This document shows positions 20,901 through 28,457 of a DNA stretch of 64,000 bases, one piece after another. Numbering within the stretch: position 1 is the stretch's first letter; each line of letters starts with the position of its first letter. Origin of the DNA: Candidatus Latescibacterota bacterium (lineage in GTDB: Bacteria; Latescibacterota; UBA2968; UBA8231); the NCBI GenBank assembly GCA_964291625.2, contig OZ220089.1:4448001-4512000 (forward strand), read 5' to 3'. The notes under the pieces are model-generated. The model saw nothing but the letters and a program-made list of their open reading frames with translations, was not told the DNA's origin and did not search any database. The translations under genes were made by a program, and so were the position numbers.

Positions 20901-21743
20901 GCTTACGTGGCCAGCCAGGGGCGCTGGGAGAACCACGGCCGCTACGGTCACCTGCTGAACGAGCAGAACATCGCTCACGTCCCGTGGCTCGCCTTCCTGC
21001 GCTCCGGCGACCGCCGCTGGCTCCGGCTGGCCTCGGCCCACACCCGCCACCTGCTGGAGGTGGGCACCATCCGCCACGATCCGCGGGACCCCTCGGCGAG
21101 CGGCCTGAGCCGCCGCCACCACGAGTGCATCTGGCTCTCCCCCGGCGACTCGGGCCACTCGATGGTGGACCCCTTCCTGGAGATGTACCACGTCACCGGC
21201 TACCTGCCGGCCTGGGAGGCGAGCCGGCGCATGGCGCGGGCCATGGCCCATCCCGGCGCCGCCTTCCACGACTACGGCTGGCGCTACCTGTCCAACCCCA
21301 TCGCCGGGCTCGCGCGGATGTACCTGGAGACCGGGGAGGAGGCCTGGCGGCAGGAGGCCGACCGCCTCTGGAGCACGTATGCCCGGCCCGACCGCAACCG
21401 CTGGTACGCCGGCGGCCACGGGGCCCGCATGGCCCTCTGGTACGGCCGGATCAACGAGGAGGTCCGGCGCCTGTGGATCGAGCGCACCGGGGCCGGGGAG
21501 GAGGACCGCGCCTTCCACCACCTCGACGCGCTGGCGGCCCTGTACGAGGAGACGGGAGACCCGAAGTACGCCGACGCCATGGTGCCCGTCTTCGACAGCT
21601 ACGCCGCCGGCGCCCGGCGCCGCGACCCCGAACGCGAGGATCCCCTGCGCTGGGGGATCGCCCACGCCACCCAGCACATCCTGGCCGCCGTGCGCGAGAT
21701 GATGTACGCCTCCCGCGCCCTGGCGGAGGCCCGGAGAAAGTGA
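17979..21743 (+). CDS. Large secreted protein: galactose-mutarotase-like N-terminus plus exo-rhamnogalacturonan-lyase (PcRGLX/YetA)-like domains
   Basis: Signal-like WLLALLAAAGLLWAHGAGA; RRVLENERARVTL...; PMRVGVPFARG...WPDGSVRWLLVDF; IVENGPLRCRVRVTG; helical C-terminus. Start codon unclear. Confidence 0.7.
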   Translation: MSMAQRAVDTSLSRGAGTVDCRGSGDCKFRRPGPVCQRRLDGLRPGPAGTRRRPPGAAGRGRGGTPSPRAGPPWLLALLAAAGLLWAHGAGASERRVLENERARVTLAPREGAAIVQYLDRRSGVEYSTAGARPPGPGLRDLTLGVDGVAHRLEARDGAGYKGVVARATAPGTLQEGGRIVGLSASSRVSVEREMRLADGSTRLTVVLRYTNIGEEAVPLWIRWHPYLMLDDPYGEHSVIVAPGPGRGQMRRIRVGLGRDTHFLDVPGYWMAINPRTGHGVWMTFREADAQVCATWTDYHREKRPERGWFTVEPRRAKQLLGPGERVEMHLTYQPFAPGDRLHPGFVEPEERSAAQRFARLVRENAAVIAAHTMVPWPNEGHSAAAQNRFYFNNLRRDRFGLADAGIADALMAVPGIQSIPLRMRHYARLFDSCYDRTPVRFRMAVTDALGRIVLREAWTYDLKPMETRTLDRRVELDLGELEDGRYTFRLDVDLGEEEALHSYEEERVLAGRARGRAAEARRSAGSLVERERPFVTALRQVELPGGGRVPIGVEEAAGLTRVDWPMRVGVPFARGAFRVGAGIALSDALGRRLDTQTKVMGTWPDGSVRWLLVDFQSDVVGGGHTFLALDPSDDRTRGPAMAGRRGDGVAVDVGTRVWVFGADGTIEGLLQPGDLWWRTGEGRTYRFSVAGPEAGVRIVENGPLRCRVRVTGWYHPAKGEGDPVARGELDAEFYRGSPFFRLYHTWTYTGDPWEDTLGGAGIRFRPEGPFWKEAAVDLDGEEVSSDSLVVVRQLDDEHAEAATARLSRQGSRSTGTVRMRRKERDLVIHHRDFWRLFPKRVEASVEEGTVTFHYWPEERGAMDWRPREDGMLTSSSAPTWSLAAGVSRTHEFIIDPAAWFELPLYERIFGEPVVCAVPPRYLTATGALMHLQPYDPEVCPDLEALVEEALESYLLNQRVYRWYGQWVWGSLPAAYVASQGRWENHGRYGHLLNEQNIAHVPWLAFLRSGDRRWLRLASAHTRHLLEVGTIRHDPRDPSASGLSRRHHECIWLSPGDSGHSMVDPFLEMYHVTGYLPAWEASRRMARAMAHPGAAFHDYGWRYLSNPIAGLARMYLETGEEAWRQEADRLWSTYARPDRNRWYAGGHGARMALWYGRINEEVRRLWIERTGAGEEDRAFHHLDALAALYEETGDPKYADAMVPVFDSYAAGARRRDPEREDPLRWGIAHATQHILAAVREMMYASRALAEARRK

Positions 21744-22714
21744 TCGCTCCCATGGTGCCTGGAACCCGACCGACCCCGACGCGCTTCCGGATCCCCGTCC
21801 TCGCCCTGATGGCGGCCTGCGCCGCCCTCCCTCCAGCGGCGCACCCGGAGTCGGGGTACGTGGCCCGGGACGGCTCGGACGACTCGGACTGCAGCGATTC
21901 CTCTCCCTGCGCCAGTCTGGACCGGGCTGCCAGTCCCCTCGTTCCGGGGGACACCCTCCACGTCCTGCCCTCCGGCGAAGGCGACGAGGCCTGGCTCGGC
22001 GAGCTGTTCCGCGGCGCGAGCCGCCACTCCGGGCGCTACCGGGGGCTGATCGCGCGCACCGGCGAAGGCCGCAGGGACCTGCGGGGCTTCATCCGTCTGG
22101 CCACCGCCTGGGGCACCGGCCTCAGGCCGCGCTTCGACAGCGCCGCCCTGGCCATCCCCAATCTCGCCGACGCCCTCACGGAGCAGACCGGCATCGCCGC
22201 CTCCGTGGACCGCCACATCTTCATCGGCTCGCCGCAGTTCATGCGCAGCCCCTTCGTCTACATCACCGCCGACGAGGTCTTCGACCTCACCGACAGCGAG
22301 ACCCGGGCCCTCGGGGAGTACCTGCGCGGCGGCGGCTTCGTCTTCGCCGACAACGCCGTGCCCGGCCTGGAGTTCAGCCAGGCCGAGGCGGCCCTGCGCG
22401 GCCTCTTCCAGGAGGCCCTCGGCCACAGCGGGCGGCTGCGGCGCATACCGGACGGGCACCCGGTCTACAGCTGCTTCTACGACTTCAACGGGCCCCCTCC
22501 CGGCTGGGAGGAGGCCTGGCCGCGGCACTACCTGGAAGGGGTCTTCCTCGAGGGGCGCCTCGCCGGACTCTTCGCCGACAAGGGCTACGTCCACTTCTGG
22601 GCCCAGCCCTTCGGCAACGAGGCCCACCTGCGCCTGGGCATCAACGCCGTGGTCCACGCCATGACCACGGGGACCATGGCCCGGCAGCTCCACCTGGTGC
22701 TGCCGGAGCGCTGA
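21740..22714 (+). CDS. DUF4159 domain protein
   Basis: GTG 21740 overlaps the upstream stop (GTGA); alternative ATG at 21752. Motifs SPFVYIT, LGEYLRGGGFVFADN, IPDGHPVYSCFYDF, LRLGINAVVHAMT. Confidence 0.85.
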   Translation: MIAPMVPGTRPTPTRFRIPVLALMAACAALPPAAHPESGYVARDGSDDSDCSDSSPCASLDRAASPLVPGDTLHVLPSGEGDEAWLGELFRGASRHSGRYRGLIARTGEGRRDLRGFIRLATAWGTGLRPRFDSAALAIPNLADALTEQTGIAASVDRHIFIGSPQFMRSPFVYITADEVFDLTDSETRALGEYLRGGGFVFADNAVPGLEFSQAEAALRGLFQEALGHSGRLRRIPDGHPVYSCFYDFNGPPPGWEEAWPRHYLEGVFLEGRLAGLFADKGYVHFWAQPFGNEAHLRLGINAVVHAMTTGTMARQLHLVLPER

Positions 22715-22726
22715 CGCCCCGCGGGT

Positions 22727-25117
22727 TCAGCGCAGCAGGACCAGCCTCCGCGTCTGCACCTGTCCCGCCGATTCGAGCCGGTAGAGATAGACCCCGGTGG
22801 CCAGCTCCCGGCCGCCGTCGTCGCGGGCGTCCCAGAGGATGGAGCGGGTCCCGGCGGGGCCGTCGCCGTCCAGGAGGCTGGCGACCTTCTGGCCCAGCAG
22901 GTTGTAGATGGTGAGCCGCGCCGGTCCGCCGGGCAGGGTGAAGCCGATGCGCGTGGAGCCGTTGAAGGGGTTGGGGTGGTTCTGCTCCAGGGCGAAGGCG
23001 GAAGGCACCGCGGCCGCCTCTCCCACGGCCGTCGGGACGGCCCCCGTGAGGCGCAGGTCGTCGAGGAAGAAGCGGCCCCCGAAGTTGCCCGAGAACGTCA
23101 CCTCGCGGATCTCCTTCGGCGGTCCGAAGGCGGCGAGGGGCACTTCCACCACCTGCCAGCGGTCGTCGCCGAAGCGATGGCGGCCCGGCCGCGCGGGTTC
23201 GGTCTCCACCAGTCCCTCCGCCGCCAGGTCGATCACGGTCTCGGCCAGGTAGATCGTGAACCGCGGTTGTCCCCGGACCACGGAGAGGCCGGGATGGAAG
23301 GCGAAGCGCAGGTGGCCGTAGCCCGCCGGATCCAGGGGTTCGTCGGGGAGGAACTTCACGACCCAGTCCCAGTCCTCCCAGCGCACGGGGAAGGTGGCCG
23401 AGCGGCGGCCCTGGAAGACCTCCTCCCGCTCGGCCAGGTCGAAGGAGAAGTCGTCGAGCCAGGTGCCGTTGAAGACCGACCAGCCGTCGGCCAGACTCTC
23501 GTCGTAGATCACCAGATCGGGGACCACCTCGCCGGGCTCGACCATCACCGTGGCCGTCAACCGCGAGCCGTGGGTCTCGGAGCCGGCGCGCTGCTCGACG
23601 AGGACGGATACCGTCTTCAGCCCCGGCGTTGCGTCCACCTTGAGGGAGGTCCGCAGACGCCAGGTGCGCTCCCCCACCTCTTCCAGGGGCACCTTCGAGG
23701 CGCCTCCCAGGGCGCTGAGATCGGCGGTGACCGCGGGGCTCTCCCCGCCGGGGGCCAGCCGCTCGACACGGACGCCGGCCTCCACCGCCAGGGTGGCGCC
23801 GTTCACGATCGAACCCGGGAAGGTGTGCTCCCAGGAGGCGGCGACGGGTCCGTGGGTGATCCTCAGGATGGCGCGCACGTGCCGGTCGCTGGAGACGTAG
23901 AGATTCCCCGCCTCGTCGCTGACGATCCCCACCGGGAACCCCCAGACGTCGGAGACCTCGGTACCGGTCTGGAAGCCGGTGGCGAAGTCGGCGATGCGGG
24001 CGTCGGACCCGTCGGGCTCGCTGAAGAGGACGGCGACGTTGTACCCGGGGACCGGCGCCAACTTGGCGTGCCCGGCGTGGATGGCGACGAAGGCCGCCCC
24101 GCGGTACCGGGCCGGGAACTGGTCGCGGGTGTAGAAGTGCAGCCCCATGGGCGCCAGGTGGGCGGGGATCAGCGCGGCGGGGCGCACCATGCTCTCCACC
24201 AGGGTCGAGTCCTCGGGCGAGAGCGGCAGGTTCTCCCGGTACCTGGGCAGGTCGGTGTCGACGTAGACCTGGTAGCCGTAGGCCAGGGGGGTGCCGTAGA
24301 AGCCGCCGTCGCGGATGATGTCGATCCACTCCGGCGGCAGGCTGGCGCCCTCGGTGTCGTGGCCGTTGTTGGTCGCCCACAGCTGGTTGGTCACCGGGTG
24401 CAGGGCCATGCCGATGGGGTTGCGGATGCCGCTGGCGAAGACGCGGCGGCCGCTGCCGTCGGCGTTGAAGCGCAGCACCGTCCCGCGCTCGGGGTCGGGG
24501 TGGCGGCACATGTCGCAGGGCCAGCCGACGCCGACGTAGAAGTGGTCCTGGGCCTCGTCGAAGACGATGGTGCGCGTCGAGTGCCATCCCCCCTCGGGAA
24601 GGGAGGGGACGATGTTCTCCCGTTCCTCGTAGACGCCGTCGCCGTCGCCGTCGGTGAGACGCACGATGCGGTTGGTGTCGGCCACGTACATCGCCCCCTT
24701 GTAGAAGGCCAGGCTGTGGGCGCGGGTGAAGCCGCGGGCGGCGACGATCGCCTCGTCGGCGACGCCGTCGCCGTCCCGGTCGGGCAGGGCGACGATCGTC
24801 CTGGCCCTCATGTCGGCCACATGGAGCACGCCCCCGGGACTCACCGCCATGAAGCGCGGCTGGGTGAAGTCGTAGGCCGCGAAGACGGAGGCGGAGAAGC
24901 CGGGGGGCAGGTTGAGGACGAGGTCGCGGGGGATGCCGCTGAAGCGATCCGGCACGTGGACGGGAACGGGCTGCAACCCGAGGTCCACCGTGGGCGTCAG
25001 CTGAAACGTGCCGGGCGGGTAGTCCTCCTCGCCGCCGGCGCCTTCCGTCGTCAGGCCCAGGAGCAGCAGGGCGAGGCCGGGGGCGGTCGTCCTCCAGAGT
25101 GAGCGAGGGCTGGTCAT
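22727..25117 (-). CDS. PQQ-dependent sugar/sorbosone dehydrogenase family protein with C-terminal FlgD-Ig/T9SS-like domain
   Basis: LPPGFSASVFA, HSTRTI, FASGIRNPIG, AHLAPMGLHFY; C-terminal QNHPNPFN...WDARDDGGRELATGVYLY. Confidence 0.88.
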   Translation of the reverse strand: MTSPRSLWRTTAPGLALLLLGLTTEGAGGEEDYPPGTFQLTPTVDLGLQPVPVHVPDRFSGIPRDLVLNLPPGFSASVFAAYDFTQPRFMAVSPGGVLHVADMRARTIVALPDRDGDGVADEAIVAARGFTRAHSLAFYKGAMYVADTNRIVRLTDGDGDGVYEERENIVPSLPEGGWHSTRTIVFDEAQDHFYVGVGWPCDMCRHPDPERGTVLRFNADGSGRRVFASGIRNPIGMALHPVTNQLWATNNGHDTEGASLPPEWIDIIRDGGFYGTPLAYGYQVYVDTDLPRYRENLPLSPEDSTLVESMVRPAALIPAHLAPMGLHFYTRDQFPARYRGAAFVAIHAGHAKLAPVPGYNVAVLFSEPDGSDARIADFATGFQTGTEVSDVWGFPVGIVSDEAGNLYVSSDRHVRAILRITHGPVAASWEHTFPGSIVNGATLAVEAGVRVERLAPGGESPAVTADLSALGGASKVPLEEVGERTWRLRTSLKVDATPGLKTVSVLVEQRAGSETHGSRLTATVMVEPGEVVPDLVIYDESLADGWSVFNGTWLDDFSFDLAEREEVFQGRRSATFPVRWEDWDWVVKFLPDEPLDPAGYGHLRFAFHPGLSVVRGQPRFTIYLAETVIDLAAEGLVETEPARPGRHRFGDDRWQVVEVPLAAFGPPKEIREVTFSGNFGGRFFLDDLRLTGAVPTAVGEAAAVPSAFALEQNHPNPFNGSTRIGFTLPGGPARLTIYNLLGQKVASLLDGDGPAGTRSILWDARDDGGRELATGVYLYRLESAGQVQTRRLVLLR

Positions 25118-25277
25118 GGGCTGACTCCTTTCGCGGACCGGGCGCGGCCGTGGACTGCCGGCGAATCTCGCTCCGTCCTCGAGACTCCGTCAAACAACCC
25201 GATCTTGACCACCTCGCGGTCAGGCCCGTTTATCCCGCCCCCTGCCCCTTGCCACGGCTCCCGGAGGAGGCGATCCG

Positions 25278-26222
25278 ATGACGGTGCAGCACCACCTGAC
25301 CCTCGACGACCTCAGCGACGACACCCTCGGGACCCTGAAGGCGATCGGCGTGGACTACGTGGCGATCATGCACCCGCCTCCGCCCCGGGCCGGAGAGGAC
25401 CGCAGCGGGCTGTGGAAGGACGCCTGCCGCAAGGTCGACGCCCACGGGATGAAGCTCTACAACGTCGGCCTCCGGCCGGAGCGCCAGATCATCCATGGCC
25501 GGGCCGGCCGCGACGAGGGCATCGAGGGCTGGTGCACGATGATCCGCAACCTCGGCGCCGCCGGGATCCCCACCCTGGGCTACAACTTCAGGGGCATCGG
25601 CAACTTCCGGACCGAGCCGACCATCGGCCGGGGGGGCGCGCGCTACAGCACCTTCGATCACGACGAGTTCCGGGCCAACCCGCAGGACCATCCGGAGCTG
25701 CGCATCTCCGAGGAACGCCTGCGGGAGAACCTGAGGACCTTCGTCGAGCGCATCGTCCCGGTGGCCGAGGAGAGCGGCGTGCTCCTCACCGCGCATCCGG
25801 ACGACCCGCCGATCCGCGAGCCCCTCGGGGGAGCGGCCCGGGTCCTGTCCACCCTCGATGACTTCGAGACCCTCTTCGGCCTGGCCCCCAGCGGGGCGAA
25901 TGCCATGCTCTTCTGCCAGGGCTGCGTCGCCGAGATGGGGGAGGAGATCCCCGCCGCCATCCGCCGCATCGGCGGCCTCGGCAAGATCGGCACCGTCCAC
26001 TTCCGCAACATCCGCGGCGGCCTCGGGAAGTTCCAGGAGGTCTTCGTCGACGAGGGGGACATGGACATGTACCTGGCCATGCGGACCTACCGGGAGATCG
26101 GCTTCGACGGCCCCTTCATGCTCGATCACACTCCCGGCATCGCCGCCGAGGGCGCCCGGTGGGCGGGCACGGCCTACGCGATCGGCTACATCCGCGCCAT
26201 GATCCAGGCCGTCTTCCGCTGA
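25278..26222 (+). CDS. uxuA: Mannonate dehydratase (UxuA) family protein
   Basis: GIPTLGYNF, GRGGARYSTFD, HPDDPP, FCQG, VHFRNI, FQEVFVDEGDMDM, DHTP, AYAIGYIRA; RBS GGAGGAGG. Confidence 0.85.
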   Translation: MTVQHHLTLDDLSDDTLGTLKAIGVDYVAIMHPPPPRAGEDRSGLWKDACRKVDAHGMKLYNVGLRPERQIIHGRAGRDEGIEGWCTMIRNLGAAGIPTLGYNFRGIGNFRTEPTIGRGGARYSTFDHDEFRANPQDHPELRISEERLRENLRTFVERIVPVAEESGVLLTAHPDDPPIREPLGGAARVLSTLDDFETLFGLAPSGANAMLFCQGCVAEMGEEIPAAIRRIGGLGKIGTVHFRNIRGGLGKFQEVFVDEGDMDMYLAMRTYREIGFDGPFMLDHTPGIAAEGARWAGTAYAIGYIRAMIQAVFR

Positions 26223-26228
26223 CCCGGG

Positions 26229-28457
26229 GTGTCTCTCGAGGGCCCGCACATCCCGAGCAGCCTCTCCGCGGCGGTCCTCGCCGGCCTCCTCCTGCTGCCG
26301 GGGCCGGCGGACTCGCAGGCGCCGTGCGGGAACTGGTCGGCCCTGACCCGGATGCGGCCGGTCAACGCTCTCGTCGCCGATTCCGGCGGCGTGTGGGCGG
26401 CCACCGACGGAGGGGTGCTGCACTTCGACCGGGAGACCGGCCGCTACGCCCGGTTCACCCGCCTGCAGGGCCTGCCCGAGGGCCGCATCACCGCCATCGC
26501 CGCCGACCCGGCGGGAGATCTGTGGTTCGGTTCCGACTTCGGCGGCATCAGCCGCTACCGGCCGGCCGGCTCACGCTTCGACCCGCTCCTGACGATCTTC
26601 GCCGACCTCGGTGTGAGGACCCTCCTCCAGGTGCGGGACAGGATGTACGTGGGCAGCGACGCCGGCATCAGCGTCCTCCTCACCGACGTCCTGCGGGTGC
26701 AGGAGAACTACTGGCAGCTGGGCGACTTCCCCCGCAACACGGGGGTGACGGGCCTGGTGGAGCACTCGGGACTCCTGGTGGCCGGCACCCCCGAGGGCGT
26801 GGCCTGGGCCGACCTGGCGGCGGAGAACCTGCAGAATCCGGACTCCTGGCTCACGGAGGACAGGCCCGGGGCGGTCGCGGCGCTCGTCTCCGCCGGGGGC
26901 GACCTGCTGGCCCTGGGTGAGACCGGGCCGTGGCGCCTGGAGGAGGGAGCCTGGCAACCGGAGCCCGCCCCGGTCGGCGTGCGCGTGCTGGGGCGCGGGG
27001 GCGGTGCGCTCCTGGCGGCCACCCGCAGCATCGTCTACGAGCGCCGCGGCGCCGGAGAGTGGACGGTGGTGGGCGCCGCGCCGGCCGAGCCGCTGGCCAT
27101 CGCCAAGGGAGCGGGGGAGACCTGGGTGGGGACGAGGGGCGGGCTCCGCTCCCTGGGAGGCCCGCCCCTTCCCGACGCCGGGGATCCCCCGGCCACCAGC
27201 TTCCACGACCTGGCCTCGACCCCGGACGGAGAGCTCTGGGCGGCGGTGGTGCCCAACGATCGGGAGGGGAGCCCCATCGGGGTGGCGCACTTGACACCCA
27301 TGGGCTGGAGGGTCCACGGAGTCGGCTCCGGCCTGCCCTCGGACGTGGCCGTGGCCGTGGAGGTCACCGGGGACGGCGGCGTGTGGGCGGGGACCTGGGG
27401 CCAGGGGATCGGGGTCCGGGCCCCGGGCGGCGGCTGGCGGCGGCTGGACCAGACGAACTCCGCTCTCCGGGGGGTCGTCGCTTCCCCCAGCTACGTCGTG
27501 GTGAACGACCTGACCGTCGATGACGGCGGCCGGGTGTGGGCCCTCAACCTGCAGGCCGGGCTGGCCGTCTTCGACCCGCGCACCGGCGCCAGCCACCTCC
27601 ACGATCTCGAGAGCCTGGGACTGACCCGGGGCCGCGAGTTGAACGAGGTCGTCGCCGACGGCAGGGGGCTGCTGCTGATGGCCGCCGTCCTCGACGGCGT
27701 CCTCCTCTTCGACGACGGCGGCACCCCCTTCGACCCGGGGGACGATCACGTCATCTCCCTCGATTCCGCCACCGAGCCGCGGATGACCAGCGACGAGGTC
27801 AGGAGCCTGGCCGCCACCGGCGAGGTCCTCTACATCGGCACGCCCGAAGGCCTGTTCCGGGCCCGCTACCGGTACGACCGCGCCACGAGGGTCTTCGAGA
27901 TCGTCAGCTGGCGGGCCTACCGGCGCGACCACGGCCTGGCCTCCCCGGTGATCACCGACATCGAGCTCGACGGCCGCGGGTCGGTCTGGGTCGGTACCGA
28001 GGGAGGTCTGACCCGGCTCCACGACTCCGGCCGCCTGGTGGAGACCTACACCGCCGACAACAGCTGCCTGGTGGACGACCACGTGCTGACCCTGCGGTTC
28101 GACGAGACCAGCGGCCAGCTCTGGATCGGCACCCGCGGGGGCCTCGGAGGGCTGCGGGTGGCCGCCGGGAGCGGAGACCTGGACGAGGGGGTGCGGATCT
28201 ACCCCAATCCCTTCGTCTCCGGGGCCGGCGCCCGGGTCACCTTCGAGGGCCTGCCGCCGGGCGCCCAGGTCCGCCTGTTCGCCGCCGACGGCCGCCTCGT
28301 GCGCACCCTGGAGTCCGACCTCGGGGGGGCGGTCGTCTGGGACGGGAGGAACGACGGCGGCTCCGCCGTCGCCTCGGGGGTGTACTACTACACCCTCGGC
28401 CTGGGCGGCGCGGAGGCGGGCGCGCGGGGGAAGCTGGCGGTGATCCGCGATGACTGA
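26229..28457 (+). CDS. porZ: PorZ-like protein (two beta-propellers plus FlgD-Ig C-terminal domain)
   Basis: Signal peptide; Reg_prop repeats (VWAATDGG, GLPSD, VWVGTEGGL); IYPNPF...VWDGRNDGGSAVASGVY...GKLAVIR; directly upstream of a C25 peptidase. Confidence 0.75.
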   Translation: MSLEGPHIPSSLSAAVLAGLLLLPGPADSQAPCGNWSALTRMRPVNALVADSGGVWAATDGGVLHFDRETGRYARFTRLQGLPEGRITAIAADPAGDLWFGSDFGGISRYRPAGSRFDPLLTIFADLGVRTLLQVRDRMYVGSDAGISVLLTDVLRVQENYWQLGDFPRNTGVTGLVEHSGLLVAGTPEGVAWADLAAENLQNPDSWLTEDRPGAVAALVSAGGDLLALGETGPWRLEEGAWQPEPAPVGVRVLGRGGGALLAATRSIVYERRGAGEWTVVGAAPAEPLAIAKGAGETWVGTRGGLRSLGGPPLPDAGDPPATSFHDLASTPDGELWAAVVPNDREGSPIGVAHLTPMGWRVHGVGSGLPSDVAVAVEVTGDGGVWAGTWGQGIGVRAPGGGWRRLDQTNSALRGVVASPSYVVVNDLTVDDGGRVWALNLQAGLAVFDPRTGASHLHDLESLGLTRGRELNEVVADGRGLLLMAAVLDGVLLFDDGGTPFDPGDDHVISLDSATEPRMTSDEVRSLAATGEVLYIGTPEGLFRARYRYDRATRVFEIVSWRAYRRDHGLASPVITDIELDGRGSVWVGTEGGLTRLHDSGRLVETYTADNSCLVDDHVLTLRFDETSGQLWIGTRGGLGGLRVAAGSGDLDEGVRIYPNPFVSGAGARVTFEGLPPGAQVRLFAADGRLVRTLESDLGGAVVWDGRNDGGSAVASGVYYYTLGLGGAEAGARGKLAVIRDD

